Assembly: GCA_036679605.1 (NCBI GenBank) | Contig: JAZDCZ010000327.1 | Location: 29,094 to 93,093, forward strand | Direction: 5' to 3' | DNA from: Gemmatimonadota bacterium | GTDB lineage: Bacteria > Gemmatimonadota > Gemmatimonadetes > Gemmatimonadales > GWC2-71-9 | DNA: 64,000 nt | Part shown: positions 26,608 through 36,168 of the stretch, one piece after another | Layout: every line of letters starts with the position of its first letter | Numbering within the stretch: the first letter of the stretch is position 1 | Notes under the pieces: generated by a model | Told to the model about the DNA's origin: nothing | Seen by the model: the letters and a program-made list of their open reading frames with translations, nothing else | Databases searched by the model: none | Made by a program: the position numbers and the translations under genes

Positions 26608-29571
26608 TTATTCATAATTGACCCTTATGCCAATCCTCACCGCTCGCCCCAAACCCCGCCGCACGACCGGTTTCCCAAAGTCCGGGTTTGCCACTAACGG
26701 CACCGTAACCACCCCCGTCGCAGCGTCGACACTTAAGCTGCCGGATCCGTCTACCAGGTAGAGTGCTCTGTCGAGATCTGCAACGTCGGAATCCAACAGG
26801 TTGAGCCCGTCAATTGTCACAGTGATTGGATAGGTACCGAGACGCACGGCGCTCAAGCTCAACCTCAAATCGAGCGTTTCGATCTTGTCACCCCTGCACG
26901 AGTTGCGCTTGGCGAAGGCGCCGACCTGGCCTCTGAGACAACCCCACTGGTTGAACAGATCGGAGATTCCGGCAACTTGATCGTCGATAAACGCGGGATC
27001 GTTGCGAAACGATCCGTCGCCGTTAGCATCGACTCCGTTCCGGAATCCCGGCGTAAACGGCAAACCCGATTGCACGCGATAGAAACCCGCCAGCGACACG
27101 GAGCCCACGTTGAGTTCGGCACCAAATGTGAAGCGGTCGGGCACGTCGAAGTCCGAACGGGCATCCGCCCAGTCCGCACCGTTCAAGCTGTCGGGAAACG
27201 GCGTGAGTTGGAGCCCCGGTCCACCTCCCCGCCCCGAAAGCCAGTTGTCCTCGGCGCGTGAATGGGTGTAGCTCGCGAACAGGTTCAAGTCTTTGGTCAG
27301 GCGGCGCTCTAGCCGTGCAGTGAGACTCCAGTAGTCCGACTGGCCGTCAGCATCTAGCGCGCTCACGGTGCCGAAGCCCTGAAACCGCCGATTGGACCCC
27401 GGGTCGGCCGCGAGCAGTCCGCCGCGCTGGATCATCGTGCCGAAGAGCGGGCGGCCGTATTGATCGCGGCTGGCGGGAGCCGGCAGCAAGTTGAGGTCGT
27501 GACGCCGTGCCAGAAAATCGGTGTGGCGGTACGCGCCCGAGACGTCCAGCGTAGTGGCGACGTCGATCGGGATCGTCACTCCTCCCGAGATACGCGTCGA
27601 CCTGGGCGGCTCGAAGTCGGGCCCTAGCAGCGCCAGATTGGGGCCCTGAACCGCGGCCACCGCCGAGTCAGGAGGATTGGGCCAGCTACTCAAGGTTCCG
27701 AGCCCGATCCGCATCTGGCCGCTGCCCGACTGCGCAGCCAACTCCGAAAACGTACCGGCGTCGACCGAGCCGTAGTGCACCGTCGCGTCGGCCCGAACCT
27801 GCCAGCGTCTGGGCCCAGCGGAATTCCACACCAAGCCGAACCTGGGGCTGAACTTGGTAATGGTCTTATCTATGCTCGTGTTGGAAAGACCTGTCCGATC
27901 GCGCCAAGTATCGTTGAGCGCAATCTCGTTGTTGGGCAGAACTTCGATATCCACTCTGAAGCCACCCGTCAGGTCGAGGCCCGGTATCGGCGACCACGAA
28001 TCTTGAAGGAACAAGCCAAACTCCGACGTGGAGTACTTGGCCTCAGGTACCTGCCCTACCGATTGGACGAACAGGCCGTCGCGCACCGCTAGGCCCGCCA
28101 CGTCGGCAAACAGAAACTGGCCGCCGCGCCCGAAGTCGAAAGTGTAATCGATCGAGCTGAACGTGCCGCCGGCGCCCAACTTGAACCGGTGTGGTCCCGC
28201 TCTAAGGTGCAGGGTCTCGCTCAGCCTGACCCCGAAACGTTTGAAGTCTCCGGGTAGGGCAGGATCGCTGCCGAACGCCACGGGGCCGGAGATCAACACC
28301 GTCACCGGGAGATCACCCGCACTGTAGTCACGCTCGCTGAACTCGATGCCCAATCGCAATTCGAGGCCCAGCTTGGACGAAAACGCAGATGTAAGGCTAG
28401 CCAACGCCGAGGCGTCAGTCCCGTCCAACTTGGCACCACGTGCAGCCGGGCTGAGCGGTCCCAGGTCGGGATCGTCAGCCGAGATGGTGGCCACGTTGGC
28501 GCGCACGGTGAGCGCGTTCTTGAGACCGAATTGCCAATCCACCCGGCCGAACGCCGAAATCAGGTCGGTCGATGCCTGGCGCGGGTTTACATAGGGCGAG
28601 AGATCCACGGCGAACGAATCCGCCGCGACCGAGACGAGCGATGAATCCAAACTCGTCGGCTCCCACGCCCGCGGCAGCGGGGTCTCCAATCTCCTCGCCT
28701 CAACCCCCAAAACGAAATACGATGTGTCCCTTACTATCGGGCCGGTCAGGAGCAACCCGCCGCGCACGGTGGTCTGAGATACGTCCTCGGGATTGAAATG
28801 GTCAGAACTCGTGAGTGCGTCGCCGATCCAATCGCCGAACGCCTTCACCTCGAGCTGCTGCGTGCCGCGCCTGGTGTACCCTGTCAGCGAAGCGGCTGCA
28901 AAGCCGCCGTATTCGACGTCCACACCGCTGGTCAGGAGACTCAACTCTTCGAAAAAGGACATCGCGAACGGCGCCGTCTGGAACATGGGTGCGGCAAGTC
29001 CCGGATTGCCGGTTCCGGAATACCCCACCCCGTCCACCACCACTCCGGCAAATCTGCTGGGCAGACCCTCCGTAGCCAATTGCCCGGTCGATACGCTCGA
29101 GAACCTACCCAACTCGGCCAGTTCCCTCGTTCTCAACGGCAGCCGCTCCAGCTCGAGCCTAGAGAAACTGCGGGCACCCTCCTGGCCGTTCAAGGCGCCA
29201 CCGCCCGCGAAATCGATCTCGGTGATCTCGGTGATCGGTGGGGTCGCAGGCGTTAGGTATACCTGTAGGCGAGCCTTCCTGGCAGGCCGGACCGGCACGT
29301 GGCGCACCAGGACCGGCCGGTCTCCCAGCCGCTCAGCGAAGACGCTGTATTCGCCCGGCGGCAGAAAGATGAACTCGAACTCGCCGTCGCTGCCCGTCTC
29401 CACTTCCCGTTGAAGACCCGTGGTCGTCTCTGTCAGGATCACGTGCACCCCGTCAGCCGGCTCGCCGGTTCCCGTCACGACGACTCCTCCGACCGTGCCG
29501 GAAACGATGCTTTGGGCCTGAACTGTGGATGTTAGTGCTGCCGCTATGATTGCGAATGCCAAAACGCGCAA
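26608..29571 (-). CDS. TonB-dependent receptor with carboxypeptidase regulatory-like N-domain (Oar-like)
   Basis: Signal peptide ending VQA-Q, LPPGEY, GVDVEYGG, GLFLQDSW, FSPRFGLVW, SDFDVPDRF, barrel-type C-terminus; AGGAG 8 nt before TTG 29571. Confidence 0.85.
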   Translation of the reverse strand: MRVLAFAIIAAALTSTVQAQSIVSGTVGGVVVTGTGEPADGVHVILTETTTGLQREVETGSDGEFEFIFLPPGEYSVFAERLGDRPVLVRHVPVRPARKARLQVYLTPATPPITEITEIDFAGGGALNGQEGARSFSRLELERLPLRTRELAELGRFSSVSTGQLATEGLPSRFAGVVVDGVGYSGTGNPGLAAPMFQTAPFAMSFFEELSLLTSGVDVEYGGFAAASLTGYTRRGTQQLEVKAFGDWIGDALTSSDHFNPEDVSQTTVRGGLLLTGPIVRDTSYFVLGVEARRLETPLPRAWEPTSLDSSLVSVAADSFAVDLSPYVNPRQASTDLISAFGRVDWQFGLKNALTVRANVATISADDPDLGPLSPAARGAKLDGTDASALASLTSAFSSKLGLELRLGIEFSERDYSAGDLPVTVLISGPVAFGSDPALPGDFKRFGVRLSETLHLRAGPHRFKLGAGGTFSSIDYTFDFGRGGQFLFADVAGLAVRDGLFVQSVGQVPEAKYSTSEFGLFLQDSWSPIPGLDLTGGFRVDIEVLPNNEIALNDTWRDRTGLSNTSIDKTITKFSPRFGLVWNSAGPRRWQVRADATVHYGSVDAGTFSELAAQSGSGQMRIGLGTLSSWPNPPDSAVAAVQGPNLALLGPDFEPPRSTRISGGVTIPIDVATTLDVSGAYRHTDFLARRHDLNLLPAPASRDQYGRPLFGTMIQRGGLLAADPGSNRRFQGFGTVSALDADGQSDYWSLTARLERRLTKDLNLFASYTHSRAEDNWLSGRGGGPGLQLTPFPDSLNGADWADARSDFDVPDRFTFGAELNVGSVSLAGFYRVQSGLPFTPGFRNGVDANGDGSFRNDPAFIDDQVAGISDLFNQWGCLRGQVGAFAKRNSCRGDKIETLDLRLSLSAVRLGTYPITVTIDGLNLLDSDVADLDRALYLVDGSGSLSVDAATGVVTVPLVANPDFGKPVVRRGLGRAVRIGIRVNYE

Positions 29572-29605
29572 AAGATTTGCTCCTGTGAGTGCAGCCCGGC
29601 TGGGT

Positions 29606-29752
29606 GCAAGGAGGGCGCCCGGTGGGGGTCTGGTGCAGTTTACCGACGTTGTTGCCGTAAGTTGGTGTAAAACAACATCATAGGAGAATCGAGCAGTACG
29701 GCGCTGCCTGACCGACGGTGGCGAATAGTAACACTGTTGCGGGGATGCTACA
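29606..29752 (-). promoter_or_regulatory. Sigma54 promoter with upstream palindrome for the TonB receptor operon
   Basis: GGCGCCCTCCTTGC on the minus strand (29606-29619) and TGTTGCGGGGATGCTACA (29735-29752). Confidence 0.55.
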
Positions 29753-29839
29753 TGGGAGTGGGGATGTGAAATGTGAAAGGTGAAAGAATACGGACGACAC
29801 CGGCTGAAACCGGACGCACGGAATCCCGTATGCGAACAC

Positions 29840-30436
29840 ATGAGCCGCAATACCGATCTCTCCACCGGCTCCGACCGCGACATCGTGCGCTCCGCACGCG
29901 CGGGCCACGAAGACGCGTACGCCGAGCTGGTGCGCCGCTACCGCCGCCGCGTGCTCGAGTCCATCTATCGCATCGTCCGCCACGAGGAGCGCACGAACGA
30001 CCTCGCACAAGAAACCTTCGTCAAGGCGTTCAACGCGCTCGACCGCTACCATTCCGAGCGCCACTTCCTACCCTGGATCCGCACCATCGCCACCAACTCG
30101 GCTTCCGACTATGTCCGCCGCAAACGCCCGGACCGCGCCGATTCCCCCTGGGCCGTGACCCCCCGGCGCATCGATGCTGAGCGGATCTTCGTACCCGGCC
30201 CCACGGACACCCCGGCGGCGGAACGAGAGAGATGTGACGCCGCTGCCGCGGTTCGCCGGGCCCTGAAACGGCTCAAACCCAAGTACCGCCGCTGCGTCAC
30301 GTTGCGCTACGTCCACAACCGCTCGTACGAGGAGATCGCGCGGCTGATGGGCGTGCCCGTGGGCACGGTCGGCACCTACCTCCACCGCGCGCTCAAAGAC
30401 CTGAGGCGGATAATCGAGAACAGCCCAACCCCGTAA
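29840..30436 (+). CDS. ECF sigma-70 family RNA polymerase sigma factor
   Basis: AYAELVRRY, DLAQETFVKAF, WIRTIATN, SYEEIARLMGVPVGTVGTYLHRA. Confidence 0.92.
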   Translation: MSRNTDLSTGSDRDIVRSARAGHEDAYAELVRRYRRRVLESIYRIVRHEERTNDLAQETFVKAFNALDRYHSERHFLPWIRTIATNSASDYVRRKRPDRADSPWAVTPRRIDAERIFVPGPTDTPAAERERCDAAAAVRRALKRLKPKYRRCVTLRYVHNRSYEEIARLMGVPVGTVGTYLHRALKDLRRIIENSPTP

Positions 30437-30730
30437 CCGCCTACCCCTGCCGCCGCAGGATCTCGTAACTCCCTGCCCCGTAGTGACTTCCAAGAACCCC
30501 GCTGAAAGAAAATCGGGCCCTTCCCGTATACCAGAATAGGGACCAGTGCGACGCCGCGCCCCGGCCGAGAGGTCGGGACCGAGCACTGCTGGTCACGTCC
30601 CAGACGCGAAAGGAGACTCCATGGCCGCCCACATCCTCCAAACCCCGCGGAGAGCCGACGCAGGCTACGACGACGTAAGTCAATGTCACTACTTGACTTA
30701 CGGCGTTTCAAGCACCGTTCCGGATGGCTC

Positions 30731-31255
30731 AAACCGAATTTCGATCGGGTCAAACCGAAATCCGGGTGCCGCGATCGAACATCCGGGTGCGGCGACGGAA
30801 GTTCCGGATGTAGCGGTCCGAGTTCCCTGTACGGCGAACCCAACTTCGCCCGTTCCAATCGGAACTCCGGGCCTGCCGATCAGAGTGCCGGATGCGCCGA
30901 TCCGAGTTTCGGGCGTACCGATCCGAGTTTCGGTCGTACCGATCCGAGTTTCGGTCGTACCGATCCGAGTTTCGGGCGTACCGATCCGAGTTTCGGGCGT
31001 GCCGATCCGAGTTCCGGGTACGCCGGCGCGAGTTCCGGGCGTGCCGATCCGAGTTCCGGGTACGCCGGCGCGAGTTCCGGGCGTGCCGATCCAAAACGCG
31101 GCCACCGTAATCCGACTTCCGGACCTGCCAAGCCAAACTGCGGGCGTGGCGCCCGGAATTGCCGGCGGGCCGATCGGAATTCCCGGCGCGCCACGCCGAG
31201 TTGCGACCGACGCTTCCGGAATTCGGTTCGACCTGTCCGGAGTTCGGCGAAACCT
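30731..31255. repeat. Tandem array of ~25 degenerate 21-bp units
   Basis: Near-perfect core GATCCGAGTTTCGGGCGTACC at ~30899-31090, with degenerate in-phase units on both sides. Confidence 0.9.
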
Positions 31256-31293
31256 CATTTCACCACCCTTTCACCCGTACCAGGAGGTGCATT

Positions 31294-31902
31294 ATGGCAC
31301 GCTTCCCAGAAACAGAGCCCGACATCGCGGCGCTCGCGATGGTCTTGATCCAAGGACTCAGAAACACGCCGGAGCTGTTCCCGGCACCGCCCGTGCCGGC
31401 AGACCCGCTCCAGGCCAGCCTCGATGAGTACAACGAGGCGAGGACCGGCGCGGTCGCGGCGGAGTCGGCAGCCCGCGATCAGGTGGCCGCCAAGAACGCG
31501 GCGCTGGAGCGCCTCGCCAACCACATGCGGCTCGACTTCAAGTACGCAGAGATCGCCGCTAAGGACGCCCCCGAGCACTTGGCAAAGCTCGGCTGGGGGG
31601 CGCGCCGCGACCCCCGCGGTCTCGAGGCCCCGGGCATCATCCGCGACCTGGGGGTCAAATCCCAGGGCGACGGCTGGGTGCTACTCGATTGGAAGGCCCC
31701 GACCAGCGGAGGCGCCGCGGCGGTGTATCACATCGAGCGCCGCCGGCGCGATGGCGGCGAGTGGGGGCAGGTCGCCCACGCGATCGCCACCGAGGACTTG
31801 CTGACCGGACACGAACCCGGTGTCGAGTGGGAATTCCGCGCCTACGCCGAGAACAAGGCCGGCGTGGGTGAGCGGAGCACCGTGGTTACGGTCGAGTTGT
31901 AA
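31294..31902 (+). CDS. Fibronectin type III domain-containing protein (helical N-domain + FN3)
   Basis: AGGAGG RBS before MARFPETE; C-terminal VLLDWKAP...YHIERR...WEFRAYAENKAG; no signal peptide. Confidence 0.8.
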   Translation: MARFPETEPDIAALAMVLIQGLRNTPELFPAPPVPADPLQASLDEYNEARTGAVAAESAARDQVAAKNAALERLANHMRLDFKYAEIAAKDAPEHLAKLGWGARRDPRGLEAPGIIRDLGVKSQGDGWVLLDWKAPTSGGAAAVYHIERRRRDGGEWGQVAHAIATEDLLTGHEPGVEWEFRAYAENKAGVGERSTVVTVEL

Positions 31903-31911
31903 CGGCGGGTA

Positions 31912-31996
31912 GCCGGTTAGGCGGTTGGTGCGGGCCGGTTGAGCTGTCAAGTCGCCGGGTCACCCGTCCAACCGCCTAACCGCTCAACCGCCTGAT
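31912..31996. repeat. Inverted pair of short 8-mer tracts (GCGGTTAG / CAACCGCC), possible terminator hairpin
   Basis: CGGTTAGGCGGTTGG is complementary to CCAACCGCCTAACCG, directly after the FN3 stop. Confidence 0.6.
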
Positions 31997-32028
31997 CGCT
32001 CACGGCCCGGTTGCGAACGCGAGTGTGT

Positions 32029-32054
32029 GGAGCCCCAGGCTCGCGCCTGGTCAG
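32029..32054 (+). repeat. REP-like palindrome, copy 2
   Basis: GGAGCCCCAGGCTCGCGCCTGGTCAG. Confidence 0.65.
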
Positions 32055-32214
32055 CCCTTTCACTCTTCACCTTTTACTCCGCTACTCCCCACTCCCCCAC
32101 GTACCGAGGCTGTTTGCCACGCCATGCGCTCAAGTGGTACCAGTTTCTGTGACCTACCACATTACGCTAGTGCGTGCAGTACTCTTGCCCAATCCGTACA
32201 GCCGAGGTGAGCTT

Positions 32215-32763
32215 ATGGGTATGGCCGCTCCAATCTATTACTCGGCCGAACTGGTCCGTGCGATGCCTGACGACGGGAAGCGTTACGAGACCGTCCACGG
32301 GGAGTTGTTGGTGACACCAGCCCCCCGCATACCCCATCAGGAAGTCGTCCTGGGACTCGCCGCCGATCTTCGAGGATATCTCAAGGAATACCGCGTCGGA
32401 TCTGTGCTAATCTCACCCGCCGACATTTCGTGGGGGACCGGCGTTCTGGTGCAACCCGACGTGTTCGTGGCCGACCGCAACGAGGTCAGGACCAGCGAAT
32501 GGGAGAACGTCCAGACCTTACTGCTGGCTATCGAGGTCCTGAGCCCGAGCACGGCTCGCTACGACCGCTTCACCAAACGGCGGCTCTATCAGGAAGTGGG
32601 AGTACCGCACTATTGGATCGTGGATCCCGACCATCGGCTCGTCGAGGTGTGGACTCCAGACGACACGTTCCCGACGGTTGAGCGCGAGCGGGTTACCTGG
32701 GCCCCGCGAGGCGCCGCGAAGCCGTTCACACTGCCATTGGCCGAGTTATTCGAGGATACGTGA
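32215..32763 (+). CDS. Uma2 family (DUF820) putative restriction endonuclease
   Basis: DDGKRYE, PAPRIPHQ, VQPDVFV, AIEVLSPSTARYD, YWIVDP. Confidence 0.92.
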   Translation: MGMAAPIYYSAELVRAMPDDGKRYETVHGELLVTPAPRIPHQEVVLGLAADLRGYLKEYRVGSVLISPADISWGTGVLVQPDVFVADRNEVRTSEWENVQTLLLAIEVLSPSTARYDRFTKRRLYQEVGVPHYWIVDPDHRLVEVWTPDDTFPTVERERVTWAPRGAAKPFTLPLAELFEDT

Positions 32764-32820
32764 GCCTCGCAGGTCGGGGAGTCTCCAGGCATTCCGTGTC
32801 AATGGAGTTGGGATCAATTC

Positions 32821-32956
32821 CGGCTCAGCGCAGCGTGCCGGAGTGTCCGGAGCACGCGTCGGTGAGCGGCGGGGCTACTTGGGACGTCCGGCCCGTGCGA
32901 GCGAACCGCAGCGTGCAGAGGATCACTGCCGGCATGCGTAGCGACGGGAGCCCCGG
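32821..32956 (+). repeat. ~130-bp palindromic dispersed element, copy 1
   Basis: GGCTCAGCGCAGCGTGCCGG...GCGAACC...TGCCGGCATGCGTAGCGACGGGAGCC; similar to the copies at 37396, 57008 and 59722. Confidence 0.8.
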
Positions 32957-32985
32957 GGATTCATGAGCACCTTTTCGAGCCACTA

Positions 32986-33007
32986 CCAGGCTGGCGCCTG
33001 GGATTAG
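32986..33007 (+). repeat. REP-like palindrome, copy 3
   Basis: CCAGGCTGGCGCCTGGGATTAG. Confidence 0.6.
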
Positions 33008-33028
33008 CCTTTTCACTTCTCCTTCACC

Positions 33029-33042
33029 GGTATACATATTGC
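33029..33042 (+). promoter_or_regulatory. Putative sigma54 -24/-12 promoter
   Basis: GGTATACATATTGC about 50 nt upstream of the deacetylase gene. Confidence 0.55.
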
Positions 33043-33092
33043 CCCTGCGCTAGTTCACATATATTGGCAACTAACACCAGCATGGCGGCACC

Positions 33093-33932
33093 ATCAAACA
33101 CCACTTCACCGTCGACGTAGAGGAATACTTCCAGGTCTCGGCGCTAGAGCCTTACGTTTCGCGTGACTCGTGGGACGAGCGTGAGAGCCGAGTGGAGATG
33201 TGTGTCGATCGGTTGCTGGAACTGCTGGACCGTCACGGGCACACGGCGACGTTCTTCGTGCTGGGATGGATCGCAGAGCGTCACCCGGACCTCGTGCGTC
33301 GCGTAGCAGCTGCAGGGCACGAAATAGCATCGCACGGCTTCGGTCACCGCCGGATAACCGAGCTGACTCCCGATGATTTCCGTGAGTCGATCAGGAGTTC
33401 CAAGGCTACGCTCGAGGCAATCATCGCCGACGATGTAATCGGATATCGGGCACCGAGTTTCTCGATTGTACGAGGCGGAGAATGGGCGCTCGACATACTG
33501 ATAGAGGAGGGCTACAAGTACGACTCCAGCTTATTCCCCATGAAACGTAACGGCTACGGATATGCCGGCGGCGAACGCGGCCCGCATTGGCTCGATCGTC
33601 CCGCTGGGAAACTGTTCGAGGTGCCGCCCACTACTCTTCGCAGGTTCGGCAACAACCTTCCGGCCGCGGGCGGCGCTTACTTCAGGATCTTTCCCTATCA
33701 TGTCACCAAGACGGCCATACTCGAAGCGGAGCGGGATGGCACGCCGGCCACGTTCTACGTGCATCCATGGGAAGTGGATCCCGATCAACCACGGCTCGAT
33801 GTTTCCGCATTTACCCGTCTCAGGCACTATGGGGGATTGAATCGTACACGGCCGAGGCTGGAACGCCTGCTCTCCCAGTTCGAGTTCTCTTCCATCGCCG
33901 AGACACTCAGTGCATGCAGAGAGCATGACTGA
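33093..33932 (+). CDS. XrtA/PEP-CTERM-system polysaccharide deacetylase (DUF3473-containing)
   Basis: HHFTVDVEEYFQ (in frame, upstream of the track start), ATFFVLGW, GHEIASHG, GYRAPSFSI, YDSS, GGAYFR, YVHPWEVDPDQPR. No canonical start codon precedes the first motif. Confidence 0.9.
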   Translation: MKHHFTVDVEEYFQVSALEPYVSRDSWDERESRVEMCVDRLLELLDRHGHTATFFVLGWIAERHPDLVRRVAAAGHEIASHGFGHRRITELTPDDFRESIRSSKATLEAIIADDVIGYRAPSFSIVRGGEWALDILIEEGYKYDSSLFPMKRNGYGYAGGERGPHWLDRPAGKLFEVPPTTLRRFGNNLPAAGGAYFRIFPYHVTKTAILEAERDGTPATFYVHPWEVDPDQPRLDVSAFTRLRHYGGLNRTRPRLERLLSQFEFSSIAETLSACREHD

Positions 33933-34965
33933 AGAGGTTCACGAACTTCACGTCGATCGGTTCGCGGGAGCACCATCGACCTGGAACGAATTCGTTCGCG
34001 CGCAAGATGGATGGACACATTTTCATCTGTTCGAGTGGAAGAACGTCATCCAGGAGGTGTTCGGACACGAATGCATTTACCTAACTGCAGTCGACAGAGA
34101 CGATGCACTCTCCGGCGTGTTGCCGCTCGTGCGGGTCAAAAGCAGGATCTTCGGGCACTACCTGGTTTCGATGCCATTCTTGAACTACGGCGGACCATTG
34201 GGAACTGCAGGCGCGATACGGAAACTCGTGGATCATGCCGTGCATCTTGCCCGCGAGAGCGACGCCGACCTCCTCGAGTTGCGCAGCAGAACTCGATTGG
34301 ATCTTGATCTACCGGTATCGCACCGAAAAGTTGATGTCATTCTCGAGCTACCCGACAATCCCGCCGCGCTCTGGTCGCAGTTCAAGACAAAGAGACGCAC
34401 AAGGATACGCCGCGCAGAGAAGGAGGGAGTCGAGGTTCGGTTCGGATTGTCCGAGCTGGACACATTCTACACCGTGTTTAGACGACACATGCGTGATCTG
34501 GGAACGCCTGTACTGAGTCGCCACATCTTCGAATCCATCGGCGATCATTTCCCCGACGACGTTCGCTTTGTGACCGCCTACCTCAAAGGAGTGCCCATTG
34601 CCTCAGGATGCGGCTTCACTTGGGATAGAGAGTTCGAGATGACTTGGGGAGCATCATTGCAAGAATTCAACAAGTGGGCACCCAACATGCTCCTCTATTG
34701 GAAGACCATGGAGCAGGCCATCGGTGAAGGAGTAAGGGTATTCAACTTCGGCCGTTGCACGCCTGGTGGAGGAACCCACAAGTTCAAGCTCCAGTGGGGA
34801 TCTCGGGAAATACCGCTTTTTTGGTACCAGCATGCCGCCACTCTCACCGAGGGAACGCCGTCGCCGGATGACTCACGCTACTCGTGGGGTCCGCGGATAT
34901 GGAAACACCTTCCCCTACCGCTCGCCAACCTCATGGGACCCGCAATAGTTCGGAACATCCCTTAA
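33925..34965 (+). CDS. FemAB family XrtA/PEP-CTERM system-associated GNAT-like protein
   Basis: GVLPLV, LVSMPFLNYGG, LELR, MRDLGTP, PNMLLYW, FNFGR, FKLQWG. Confidence 0.9.
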   Translation: MTEEVHELHVDRFAGAPSTWNEFVRAQDGWTHFHLFEWKNVIQEVFGHECIYLTAVDRDDALSGVLPLVRVKSRIFGHYLVSMPFLNYGGPLGTAGAIRKLVDHAVHLARESDADLLELRSRTRLDLDLPVSHRKVDVILELPDNPAALWSQFKTKRRTRIRRAEKEGVEVRFGLSELDTFYTVFRRHMRDLGTPVLSRHIFESIGDHFPDDVRFVTAYLKGVPIASGCGFTWDREFEMTWGASLQEFNKWAPNMLLYWKTMEQAIGEGVRVFNFGRCTPGGGTHKFKLQWGSREIPLFWYQHAATLTEGTPSPDDSRYSWGPRIWKHLPLPLANLMGPAIVRNIP

Positions 34966-36168
34966 ATGCTGCGACGGCAGCTCCCAGTCCACTCTCCGAT
35001 CTCCTTGGGCAGTGTCGTAGCCGGCTGGAAATCTCTGCTTTCAGGTTCTCTAGATGATGCTCGCCGGACCCTCGAGCGTACGATCAGCCACAAGTTCGGA
35101 ATGCAGGAAATCCTCCTGACCGACAGCGGCACGACTGCGTTGACCTTGGCGATTCGCGGGGTTTGCACCCGGGAATCCGACAACATGATCGCGCTGCCAG
35201 CCTATTCCTGCTACAACGTCGCCACCGCAGCCGACGGTACAGGCGCTGAAGTGGTACTCTACGATATCGACCCTCATACGCTCGGCCCCGACCTCGAAAG
35301 CCTGAGAGCCGCTGTGGCGCGAGGTCCTGCCACCGTGGTCGTCGCATATCTCTTCGGTGTGCCGATCGACCTGCTGGAACTCACGCACATCACCGCCGAA
35401 CGCGGCATAGCGGTCATAGAAGATGCGGCGCAGGGTCACGGCGCAACGCAAGACGGCGCAACGCTCGGATCGTTCGGGTCACCGGCGGTGCTGAGTTTCG
35501 GCAGAGGTAAGGGAATGACCGGCGGTGGCGGCGGCGCGCTCGTAGCAAACACCGAAATCGGAGCTGAGATCGTCCATCGAGCGGCTGGCACACTTGGGAG
35601 CGCGACAGCAGGGCTGCGTGAGTTGATTGGGGCCTCCGCTCAGTGGGGTTTTGCAAGACCGTATCTTTACGGCATACCTGCGGCGATCCCGTTCTTGAAA
35701 CTCGGCGAGACCATATACCGCGAGCCGCAACCACCCGCCCCGATTTCTGACACGGCCTGTTGTGTATTGACAAGGAACTGGGAAGCCTCCGAAACCGAGG
35801 CGGCGAAGCGTAGAGAAGTGGGCCTGCGCTTGCACGAGATCGTCGCCAAGTGTGACGGTATAGACAACATTGTTGTCCCGTCCAACGGCGAAGCCGGCTA
35901 TCTGAGATTCCCTGTTCTCGCATCCGAACGCGCAAGGCCTGATTTCGATTCCGCTCAGGCGCGAAGACTCGGCATCATGCCCGGTTACCCCAAGCCGCTC
36001 GCCGAGCTGCCGGGATTCGGAGATCGTTGCGTCAATCGCGGCGACGGTTTCCCCGGCGCACGGTGCCTGGCGCATCGCCTGTTCACTCTCCCAACCCACA
36101 GCGTGCTCACAACGACCGACATCGACCGGATCGAACGTTGGCTCCATCGCACCGCAAGAGACTCTTGA
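34966..36168 (+). CDS. DegT/DnrJ/EryC1/StrS family PLP-dependent aminotransferase
   Basis: SGTTAL, PAYSC, IEDAAQG, SFGRGK (PLP lysine), TLPTH. Confidence 0.88.
   Translation: MLRRQLPVHSPISLGSVVAGWKSLLSGSLDDARRTLERTISHKFGMQEILLTDSGTTALTLAIRGVCTRESDNMIALPAYSCYNVATAADGTGAEVVLYDIDPHTLGPDLESLRAAVARGPATVVVAYLFGVPIDLLELTHITAERGIAVIEDAAQGHGATQDGATLGSFGSPAVLSFGRGKGMTGGGGGALVANTEIGAEIVHRAAGTLGSATAGLRELIGASAQWGFARPYLYGIPAAIPFLKLGETIYREPQPPAPISDTACCVLTRNWEASETEAAKRREVGLRLHEIVAKCDGIDNIVVPSNGEAGYLRFPVLASERARPDFDSAQARRLGIMPGYPKPLAELPGFGDRCVNRGDGFPGARCLAHRLFTLPTHSVLTTTDIDRIERWLHRTARDS

Noticed and set aside
30731..31255. CRISPR array
   Set aside because: Units are contiguous with no unique spacers, and there are no cas genes in the window
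30546..31427. Repeat-protein ORFs (VPIRVSG, DPSFGRT and similar)
   Set aside because: All frames are open only because the repeat lacks stop codons, and two of these ORFs overlap the well-supported FN3 gene
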